Shown: positions 53,601 through 64,000 of the stretch, piece after piece
Layout: every line of letters starts with the position of its first letter
Numbering within the stretch: position 1 is the first letter of the stretch
NCBI GenBank assembly: GCA_051294375.1
Contig: CM119263.1
Coordinates: 16,769,777-16,833,776 of the forward strand
Source: Paraspadella gotoi
Lineage: Eukaryota > Animalia > Chaetognatha
DNA: 64,000 bases
Direction: 5' to 3'
Program-made: the position numbers and the translations under genes
Notes under the pieces: generated by a model
Databases searched by the model: none
The model's input: the letters and a program-made list of their open reading frames with translations, nothing else
What the model was told of the DNA's origin: nothing

Positions 53601-56600
53601 GCTTTTCAAATGGCTGCTACAAATGGTGAAACGAAGTACTAACTTGAGTCTTGACGTTGGAAGGGAAAATTATCACGGACTTTTTGGGCGTATTAGATGC
53701 ATGATTTCTCACGAAAAAGTAAAAAAAAAGTGGACTTCTGTCAAGAAAAGGGAAAAAAGCAGACTAATCTTTTAGTGAATCGAAAAACAAAACAAAAAGA
53801 GCAATGGCATATCTCTTAAAACAAAATTAAAATATTTTATAAATATCCTAAAACGATTGAACCACAGATCTTCGTCTCCGGCTTCCAATAACCGTCTCTC
53901 TTCCTCCGCCTCATCCTCTTCTTCCTCCCAAGATCCTTTTCTCCTACTTCTCCTTCAAGAGCAAAACAGCGGAGCGAGTTCGTCAACACTTCAAAGTCTC
54001 TCCACGACAAACTCCGCCAACTCGTCCGTGGCGTCTCCACGGAACGGGATCGTCTCAAGAGGGCGCTGGAGCAAGATCACGGTGCCGCGCAGGTTTGTGG
54101 CGTAGCTGCTATTACTAATAGTATTAGGAGAGCTAGGTTAAAACATTTTTTTTTAAATGGCAATAATTAGTTTTCTTTTTTTCCCTTATTTTCTTTCTTT
54201 CCTTTCAGACAAACCAAATGGCCGAACTCCGTCTGCTGCTACAATCGCTCCTTCAGCAGAACCAGGAGTTACGGACGCGACTGTCGAGAATCTCTGCGGA
54301 GGCCGACCTGTCCTCGACGCCGATGCTTCCCGTAGCTGGAGGGGGTTGTCTTTTGCCATCAACGGCAGTAGCACCAATCTAAATAACAGGTAAACGATCA
54401 CGAAATCTGTTAGTAAGCTACGTACGTGTGTAAGTCAATAATTCTTATTTTCCAAATAAATAATCAAAATATTCGCTTTTCCTTTTGTCCAGCTTCCGCA
54501 GTACTACCTCCACGGCCGGAGCTACACCCACTCCGCCCTACCAATCTCCCTTGCCCTTCACCGGTTCCCTCATGAACCCACTCTCGGAGTTTTCAGTCGC
54601 CGCTGCAGCCGCCGCCTCGTCGCCAGATTCCGCGTTCCAGACGTCGCCGCGCCCGTCGCTGCACCTGCCGCAGTGGCAGCGCGGATCGCTTAGCCACCCA
54701 CTGATGCAAAAGTCGTTCTCAGTGCAGAGCGAGACCCAGTCGGAGACGATGACCGAGTACTTCGATGCGGAGGAGACCAGAAGCTTGGAGACGGACGCAT
54801 CTTCCTCACAGGTTGGGTTTAAAAGTCAAGACGAGAGGGACTGGTTCGGTTCCTGAGGAGAACCTTCTCCCCTCTTTTAGAATCTACATTCTCTTTTAGA
54901 ATCTACGTTCTCTTTTAGAATCCACGTTCTCGAATGAAATATTCGAGAATCGTTTTATTATATTTTGCTTATCGTGGAAAGTCAACTCATTATTAGGAGA
55001 GCGACGATGACGAGGACGAAGACGCCCTCACTGACAGCGACGAGGACGACGCCGGATTGGCGAGCAGCCGAGACTCGCGCGCCACCTCGCGTCGATCGCT
55101 GACGGAGTCCGAGGCGCCGATGAGGGCGTTGACGGGCAAGAGGGAAAAGCTGCCCGCTCCGGCGCCGGACGTCGGAGGGCTGGCAGGTGAGTTAATAAAT
55201 AAACAAATAAATAACTAAATGTCGATCGTCCAAGATATTTCTCACTCCCTTCCTTTGACTCAGGTCTGTGGAACATTTTGACCCGCAACGTTGGCAAAGA
55301 CCTCGCTCGAGTCTCCATGCCGGTTTCTCTCAACGAGCCGCTGGGGATGCTACAGCGCCTCAGCGAAGAGCTAGAGTATTCGGAGCTGCTGGACCGCGCG
55401 GACACTGTCGACGATCCGCTGGATAGGATGATCCTCGTGGCAGCCTTCGCCGTCAGCCCCTATCACTTGACCTTCGCCCGTCCGGCGAGGAAACCCTTCA
55501 ATCCTCTCCTCGGCGAAACCTTTGAGTTGGTCAGAGAGGACAAGGGATTCAGATACGTCGGGGAACAGGTTTAGTTTTGGTCTTTTCTTTTTAATTACTT
55601 AAATCGTTTAACTTACTTTTTCGATTTTCTTTTTTCTTTTTTTTTTTTTGCTTGCTTGATTTCTTTATTTCTTTCTTTCTTTATCTCACCACAGTCTACA
55701 CTAAATGAAGCCCAAATTCTTAAACCCTACCAGGTATCCCACCATCCCCCAATCTCGGCCTGCCACGCTGACTCTCGTCACTTCCGATTTTGGCAACACG
55801 TGCGGCTCAAGAACAAATTCTGGGGGAAATCTTTGGAGATACAGCCCATGGGCGAGGTCAACGTGAGGCTTAGCAGCGTCAATGAGACGTGAGTTGGTTT
55901 TTTTGACATATTTTCTTTCTCTTCTTTTAATTTTGTTCATATTTTTATATATTTTTTTGTACCGTCTAAGAAAAAAGTTTATCACATTTTAAGTAGAGGA
56001 ACTTATTTTGGGTATTTTAGTTATTTGTTTTTATTTCAAATAGAGTTAGTTATTTTTTTTTTTTTTAATTTCGCAATGCTAAAGGCATTGCACCTCGTTT
56101 TTGTTAAAAAAAAGTGTCATTTTAGCTCTCAGAAAAGAGGGAAAGACTTGCAACATCAATATCAGGGATGAAAAAAAATATGTTAAAAATGTAAAAAAAA
56201 CTTTCTCTGTCATCCCTCAATTCGATGTAAGAGAGCATGCCCAATTGCCCATATGAATGCAGGCAGTAGTCGATGCCGAGGGAGAGAATACCAAATATTG
56301 AGAATGTTTTACTCATGTTTCTATATTTTTTATTGAATAAATGAACTTTTCAACCGTTATGAGATATACTTTTTTCTTATATAGTTTTTTCTTTTCTTTA
56401 ATTTTTGATTTTTTATATTTTTTTTTTTTTAGTTCAAAACTACTGATTAAGCAATTAAGCGAAATATATATTTTTCACCTTTTTCAGATACACTTGGAAC
56501 AAAGTCACAACCTGCGTCCACAACATTCTCGGTGGACAAAAGTGGGCGGACAACTACGGAGACATGGAGATCGTTTCTGACAACGGAGTCAGGTGAAGAG

Positions 56601-58658
56601 TATTCGTCGAGGATGGTGATGTCGGTGATTCTATGCTGGAGTGGAGTGGAGTGAAGGTTGTGATCTCAGAAATGAGGATGGTGATTTCTTTTTCGTTATC
56701 GTCGTTTATCCATTCTGTCGTCAGTCACTTAAGTAATAAGTAATAACTCCTCTCCTATCATTAATAACTCATGATAGCTGCCAAGGAAAGGGCTATGAAT
56801 AATAAATATCAATCGATGAATAATAAATGAATACACACGTGGTGAAATATTTTATTTATCAATGAATAAATATTCAAATGAATAAAAGTCCGAAGATGAA
56901 TTTTCACGTAAGTTTCTTCCCGACAACATTTCCGCAGATGCAAACTGAGCTTCGTCAAGGCGGGCTACTGGTCTTCCAAACGCCACGAATTCTACGGTGA
57001 CGTGATTGACGCCAACGGCGGCGTCACCCACCGTCTCTCCGGCAAGTGGAACGAATTCTTTGCCGTAAAGAGCGTCTCCGGCGGTGGCGGCGCGCTCAGC
57101 GGCGTCGTCTGGCGTCCCGGCGCGCTTCCTGACGACGCCGATCTCTACTACGGATTCTCCAGATTCGCCGTCGAGTTAAACGAGTTGACGCCGGAACTGG
57201 CGGATACGATTCCGCCGACGGACAGCAGGTCGGTTCGATGTTGGATGTTAGACGTTACAATATATCCAGTACATTATAGTACCTATTTTTTTGAAAATGA
57301 CATGATTAATAATGAAAAGGATTATTGCATCTTGATATTATTTGATTGGTTGATTGATTGATTAGCTAAAGAAAATGTAAAAAATACGTAAAAAGCTCTC
57401 AATAAAAACTAAATCATAGTAAATTTTAAATCTTATTGTTAATAAATCTGTAATTTAATAAATTAATTGGATGTTGAATCAAACATATAGTAATTAAATT
57501 ATACATAAGTTACAAGGTAGTAAAGAATCGTCAACCTATAAAAATTTTTTAAATTTTTTTTCATTTTGATTGGTTATGACTTGACTTGGCGGAAAAAAGT
57601 TGCCTTAAAAATTGTGTTTCATTTTAAAACGAAAATCTTTTTATTTAACTTTCTAAACAGTTTTTAAAGAACTTTTATATCAAGGATGGACGGACAGACA
57701 TCATTTTTTACATAATTTATCATAATCCGACTAAAAATGTTCAGAAAGTCAGACAAAAAGATTGAAGATAAAAAATTTGAGTTTTAAAAGAAAAAACGAT
57801 TTGAAGACAACTTTTCTCCAGGTCAAATCATAACCAATCAATATGAAATTTGGATAATAAATGACTTTGGTTTTTACTACAAAAATTTTTTTTCAGATTA
57901 AACAAATCTTTATCGGTTTGCATACTAATGATGATTTTTAATAGCGGCGGGCTGCTGCGTGTCATCTTGTAATTATCATTATTATTGGTATTTATTAACC
58001 TCTTTCAAGATTTCGACCGGATCAACGTCGTTTGGAATCAGGAGACGTCGACGGAGCTGAAGCGGAAAAGCAACGATTGGAGGCAAAGCAGAGAGAGAAA
58101 CGGATCCAAAGGTGAGGCTTATTTGTCCCTGATGGAAGGATCAAAATATTTCACTAATTTTTTTATGAGTTGCAGTCAAGTTATATTGTATGCTGTGGCA
58201 GCAAGACTTAAAGCTGCCTCACTGCTGTCCGTCCTCAGCCTCGTCTCAATGGCTGAGCAGGCTAAATCATCTCATTCCATCCGTGCGTCCCGGGTTCAAT
58301 CCCTGGGTATCCCGGTTCTGGCTTAAATGTGACGGTGCCGGTATAAACATGCCAGTGACAGGAGGCGGTCACTGAGGGTCCGCAGCCCCTATGCCAGTTG
58401 GTTAGATACCCCGCGCCCCGGGTATCACAGGCTATCCTCCCGTTGCCATAATGCAACGATTTTTTTTAATACCATTAAAACCCATGCAGAGAAGAAGAAG
58501 GCCTTTCTTATTCCCCGCGTTGGTTTCGCCGTCGCGAAGACTCGACCGGAAACGGAGATGACGGTTCTTCGGACCGATGGGATTTCGATCACGCCTACTG
58601 GACGGCGAGACGCGATCCCGGTTTCGTCAGTTTGGATCTGCCCAAACTCTTTGATTGA
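50697..58658 (+). CDS. OSBPL6-like: ORP3/6/7-class OSBP-related gene, second assembled copy (frameshifting indels in 5' exons) including unique terminal exons 56938-57228, 58010-58111, 58490-58658
   Basis: 3' exons encode [17 protein letters not shown]...LSGKWNE...[14 protein letters not shown]...[35 protein letters not shown]...PRWF...[10 protein letters not shown]...LFD*, the canonical ORD C-terminus. Confidence 0.88.
58194..58450 (+). mobile_element. tRNA-derived SINE-like element carrying a twister ribozyme (copy 2, last OSBP intron 58112-58489, sense to host gene)
   Basis: A box TGGCTGAGCAGG 58250-58261, B box GGTTCAATCCC 58293-58303; near-identical to 25939-26195. Confidence 0.8.
58318..58397 (+). 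ncRNA. Twister ribozyme type P5, with A>C change at conserved L4 adenine (58383)
   Basis: Same fold as 25992-26071, but L4 reads GUCCG-C-AGC instead of GUCCG-A-AGC. Confidence 0.75.
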
Positions 58659-60311
58659 GGGCAGGAAGGAAGTCCCTTGTCAACCGGTTCGGGAGCGTTT
58701 CGCTTAACTGGGCAGTGCTGCTCAATAATACAAAAAAAAATTACCACAAAATGTTATGCAAAAGGAAATGATTAAAATCCTTAAAATGCTAATAAGCAAG
58801 CTCAAAAACACAAAACCAAATCGGGCATTTTATCGGGTGACTTTCGTTAGTTAATTAGATTCGGTCTTTTTTTTTTTATTTGAGACGACCAATTTGCCTG
58901 GATTTTTTTATTGGACCTACTATTTTTTTATGGCAGCTAATATTATTTTTTCCGTATCCCGATGTTCTCGGCCTTACGTAGATATTTTTTTGTTTAGAAA
59001 TCTTGCGTTCGGGGGCCAAATTATATATATATTTATCCACGCCTTCCTTTACAAGTGCTTACCAATTATTGACCTGAATGAAAAAAATATAGTCCTCCTT
59101 TTATTATACTTAGTTTGATTAATTTATGATCAAATTTTACATTTTTTTTTATTTGGATTGGCATAATTCAGTGCAAATTTAGTTCTTGAAATTTTTTTTG
59201 CACATTTACAAAATGATTTACATATCTTATGTTTATGGCTGTATTTGAAGTATTGAACTTAAACATTTCAAAGTGTGTGTGCGGTGTTATTAATTAACTG
59301 TATATGTATGAAATAAGTCTTGGTTATTGTTTACTGTTTTAAATATAATAATTATCATCATAAATCTCCTATACAGAGTACGTTTACATTGTTTTATGGA
59401 GCTGTAAGCTTAAACCATATTAATGCTTCCATAATATCGTCATGATGATGTTTGTGTCCTTTCCTGCACAGGGCAACGAAAATTGCCCAAAAAAAGTCAA
59501 AATTGTTTGTTATATAGTAGTTAATTGCTACGCGTGCTTTCTTGAATGTTTCTCACTCCACCGATTATCGTACAACTTTACCGTTTGTGCCCGAAAATAC
59601 AGTTCTAGTCACTATCTTGCTAATCTTATTAAAATATAAAAAGAATATTTCGCTCCGCTGTAATATTTTTTATTTAGTCCTAAAAACGTTTAAGATAGGA
59701 CAAAGGAAAAAATAGAAAGAACTCGAAAAAGACATAGTTTCCAGGGCTGCAACCAGATCAGAAAGTTATTATACACTATATATACAGTATATTAGTGATT
59801 TTTAGTCCAATGATGAAGAAAACAAGATCGGTTCATCCCATGTGTTGCGCTGCAGTGACTTTATTTTCACGTGTATTTCTCGTGACATGACATGACATGA
59901 CATGACTACAAAGTAGTACAATAACTTTCTTAGCCTGTGTATTTATGACACGCACTGAATCTTTATCACTTATTCTTTATAGTTTTAGGATTTCCTTAAG
60001 GCGGCGCTAGCAGTACCTTAGATTTGAGGTTTTTTCTGTCTTAACAAATGAGCAATTAATTATAGGCGAATTATGTGCATTTTTAACGTAAGTGGGAGAG
60101 ACCGACCAACCGACAGACCGAACGAAAAGTTACTAAAGCAAAAAATAATAGTGCTAATGATAATATTGCTGAACTAACTTAGTAGGTTTTTCTATGAAGA
60201 GATTGCCATTGTCAATTTTTTAGTAATGTGGAGATGTGAGTCGGGCCAGCAGTTTTCTATAATTTCATTATAACTTTCAGTGTCTTTCAGTTTGATCGAT
60301 AAACCTCGTTG

Positions 60312-60395
<84 letters not shown>

Positions 60396-60553
60396 TTGTG
60401 AGAAAACAGTTTCAGTATGGCGTTTAAATTTATATTTTTTAAATCGCGACATATGCTGGTAGTTGACATTTGCTTGCCTTCGATAAAAGAAACACAATTT
60501 TTTTTTTAAATTTCATCTTTGCTTTGGTAGGCTATCTATATTATTTCCTAGTT

Positions 60554-60629
<76 letters not shown>

Positions 60630-60630
60630 T
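60554..60630. repeat. (TTTC)n microsatellite
   Basis: Direct reading. Confidence 0.95.
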
Positions 60631-60958
60631 TTTTTCTTTCTAGAATATTTTAAGTTTTAAAAACGATTAATTTAATCAATTAGTCTGCGATCTTTTATCA
60701 TTTTCGACGTGAACTGTGTTCCCTACTGCGTCGCCCCAAGAAGATTTTTCCTCGTTAACATTCTTCTTTAAATGTTTTTTAGGATTAATTTACAAAATTT
60801 AAACTTTAAATTAGTAATTGCATTTATTTTTCAGTGTGAGTATATTTACTTTAAGAATAATTAAAATTCATATAATTTATCATAATCATATGACTTCTAA
60901 AATAGGCTTTTCTCTACGTTTTCAAATTACGATTTCAGAATTTGAACCAAAATCCACG

Positions 60959-63216
60959 ATGAACAAAATATTATTACTGACATTGATTGCGATGTCTATC
61001 AGCGTCGCAGTCAACGGTAAGAAACGAGTTGGTTACCTGAGTGGCTAAATAGGCACGTTCCTAAACTAATTATGGTTTATTAGTCTATGTCAGCCGAGTC
61101 GTTACTACTTGATAGTTACTCTCTCATACACGCAGGAGACTCGCCGGCATCGGCCGAGCCCGCGGATTCGGTCGCGACGGACGAAGCCTCAGCCGAATCT
61201 GACATTTGGGAGGATGAATTCGACATCTTAAGTCATTTGGAAAATAACAATGATGATGACGACGACGACGAAACCAACAATAACAACAACGAGGAAGACG
61301 GCGGGGATGGGCGTGAAGTGCGTAGGGGAAGGGGACGCGGCGGTGAGTAACGGCGTAACTGACTTAACTAGCTAACCGTGATTTTTTTACAAACGTATTT
61401 AATAAGAGAACCAAATATTTGTAGTAAAACTCCATTTTTTGTAACGTGGCATTAGGTCACCATAGGTCGCACCAAGGCGGTGGACACAGGGATCACCAAC
61501 CCGGAAACCGCAGAGGTCACCAACGAGGTCATGCCGGAGCTCATCCCCACGGTGGGCGCCATCGGGCCGGGCAGCGCCGCCGCCGCGGGGCAAAGGCCGT
61601 CTGCCCCTTAACGACGGGGTTGGACGCTGTCCCAGACGTCAACGCCTTCGCCCAGGGTTGCTTCGAGGAGTGGCAGGAGGTCAAGCGGGTCGTCAAGGCC
61701 GCCAGGAGGCAAGCGAGGCGAGGCCGGGGAAGAAACGCACAGGAAGAGGTGAAGATTATAACACAATATATGACATGTATAATTTATTTTTTTTGCTATA
61801 CTATATTAGTTTCGACTCCCAACGTGTTCATTTGTTCCTTTCAGCCTTGCACCCATCCTTGCTGCTCTATGGAGGAAGGAAAAAAATGTTGTCCATCGGT
61901 CGGAGATGAAAACAAATGCCAATTTGTTTTGAAGGAAGGACTCCCGATCCCCCCAGGTAAGCGGAGGCGTAACACAATTTTTAAATTTTAGGCGATGTTG
62001 TATCTTGCATTCCATACCAATTGTATTATCTTCGCTTTTATCTTAAAATTTTAATACTGTATTTGTAATACAAAGACTTTAAACGGTTAATTATTTTTAG
62101 AAGAATTTTCGTTCCGTCCATGTAAAATAAACTCACGAGATCATCGTGTTTGTTATTACTTTTAATATAAACAAACTGAGAACCTTTGGTAAGCGATAAT
62201 TTCTTTCATAACATATCAAATATAAACCAAAGCCTGTCAAAAGTCAGGGGCAAGATAGCTTATTTATTAAATGAATGGATAATTTTTATATTGGTTGTAC
62301 CAATTTCATAAAATTCAGCTCCTTGTATTTTGATGTGCTTTGAGTACATTATAATATTCCCCGATCTAATACTTAAGGGAGTGGTCTTTTCATACAATTG
62401 AAACATTCTTTGAAACATTATACCACTTCATTGATAGGGAAGTCAGGTAGTATGGGAGAGAATAAACGAGACTGAAAGATAGTCTTGATTGAAAGCTTAC
62501 AGGGACCTGCTATGTCATTATCTTGTAAGAGTGATGGAGGCCTTCAACCACCAAAGTCTGTCCAAAGCCAGGGGCAAGATAGCTTATTTATTAAACAAAT
62601 GGATAATTTTTATATCGGTTGTACCAATTTCATAAAAAAACTAATTTGCCGAATTTAATTCTTTCTGATTGAGGAGGAAGAGGACGAGGACGAGGAGGCA
62701 GACGTCATGGGAGGAGAAGGGGAGGAAGGGGGAGAAACCAAGGAAGACAAAACGGACAACAGAACGAGGGAGAGGAAGAGGAAGAGGAGACGTGCTCCAA
62801 CCCTCAAATGAAACGAAAGTAAGTCGTTTGTTTCTATGGTTACTCGTAAACAATACTGCCTTTACGTGAGTTTTGGCCGACGCTGAATTAATGTTATGAT
62901 ATATAATATAATATACGGATTGACGTTTAAAACCCGCAGACAACTTCTCGATTGTTCGGTCGTCGCTCAGGGATCGGCTCGTAAACACACTTTTCTCTTT
63001 TGGATGAAAGGACTGCCTACTGCGGTCAATTCCACGCTGACCTGCAGGTTATTTACCAATAAATCAATCAATTCATACGTAGAACATCGAACATCGACAT
63101 TATTGTAAATTTTGTATGACATTTTTTTTTTATTATATCCTAGATTCGATGCCGATTGCGACGGAGACTTACGCTGCTGCTCTGAAGCGGACGTTTGCGT
63201 TCGAAATTGCGCCTGA
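60959..63216 (+). CDS. Secreted precursor: signal peptide, acidic segment, His/Gly/Arg-rich segment, Cys-rich (WAP-like) C-terminus; exons 60959-61016, 61136-61342, 61456-61748, 61845-61956, 62940-63047, 63144-63216
   Basis: MNKILLLTLIAMSISVAVNG signal; D/E/N-rich stretch; GHHRSHQGGGHRDHQ...; PCTHPCC..KKCCP...C; LTCRFDADCDGDLRCCSEADVCVRNCA* (C-x-x-D-x-D-C-x-G-x-x-x-CC WAP signature). There is a phase mismatch between exons 4 and 5 (possible C-run error at ~61949-61954 or a missed exon). Confidence 0.65.
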
Positions 63217-63561
63217 ATGTCACGTCATTGAGAACCGTCGTTGCAATTTTTGTAAACGGTCTTCGATTATGCGACTCTACCCCTGATGAAGATTTGTACC
63301 GTTTTTTTTTTCATTTAAACAATTGAATTGGACGATGAAAGGAAATGAGCATAATTTTTGAACAAGGAAAGTCTCATTTTAGTTTTCGTCTTCTTTAAAA
63401 AATTAAAAAGCTTTTTAAATCGATGGTGGCTTTCTTCACTGCGAGTTTGAGCTAGAGATTTCAAAGAAATTTCATTTAGATATATATATTTTCCTTTTTC
63501 CCCTTTATTTGAAACTTTAATCTTTAAACATACATTTGTATTTTTCGTTTCTGGTCTGCTG

Positions 63562-63642
<81 letters not shown>

Positions 63643-63665
63643 TTTCCTCTCTCTCTCTCCTCTCT

Positions 63666-63731
<66 letters not shown>

Positions 63732-64000
63732 CTTCTCATTCTCTCTCTCTCTCCTCTTCTCTCTCTCGCTTTCTTTCTGACGCTGTCGCCTGCCAAAAAT
63801 AATCTCTTGTTTGAATTTCGCCGAGTTGTCCAAATATGACATTTTTTTTCATCCAAATATGGAAACTTTTTCATAAATATGAAACTTTTTCTTCGGTTTT
63901 GCCTATTTTTATTTTTCTGTTTTTTTCATATTTCCTCTCATTTTAATTAATATTATTTCTCTGAAAATTTCCGTTAGTCAAAAGCAACATAAAAAAATGA

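Larger units (their letters stand above)
39329..56932. repeat. ~8.8-kb direct duplication: 39329-48128 and 48158-56932, separated by a 25-N gap (probable assembly artefact)
   Basis: Copies are collinear and differ almost only by 1-bp indels, mostly in homopolymers. Confidence 0.95.

Noticed and set aside
63217-63310. Possible SECIS or hammerhead (CTGATGAAG) downstream of the TGA of the secreted gene
   Set aside because: Could not form the SECIS GA/GA quartet with apical AA, nor a hammerhead stem II-GAAA. The TGA follows a completed Cys motif.

Overview
AT-rich genomic DNA from an intron-rich animal (invertebrate-like), in a gapped draft assembly. Protein genes: (i) an intronless 555-aa ORF (3178-4845) carrying the motifs of the prokaryotic TcmP/GMT-like SAM-dependent methyltransferase-fold family plus C-terminal winged-helix-like segments, a candidate horizontally acquired gene; (ii) a 4-exon secreted C-type lectin; (iii) a 6-exon KCTD8/12/16-type BTB gene; (iv) a 17-exon ORP3/6/7-type oxysterol-binding protein gene whose first 14 exons appear twice because of an ~8.8-kb duplication that looks like a gap-filling artefact; (v) a secreted acidic/His-Gly-Arg-rich/Cys-rich precursor. 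A cluster of 15 tRNA genes with 15 different anticodons (one an intron-containing elongator tRNA-Met) spans 29.8-41.0 kb. A ~255-bp tRNA-derived SINE-like element occurs twice, both times in introns, and contains a complete type-P5 twister ribozyme fold. It is intact in the copy antisense to its host gene and mutated at a conserved core A in the sense copy. Several other repeat families (Tc1/mariner-type MITE, HINE/Helentron-like, a ~320-bp permuted tandem repeat) and microsatellites are present. All calls were made by eye from sequence; no database searches were run.
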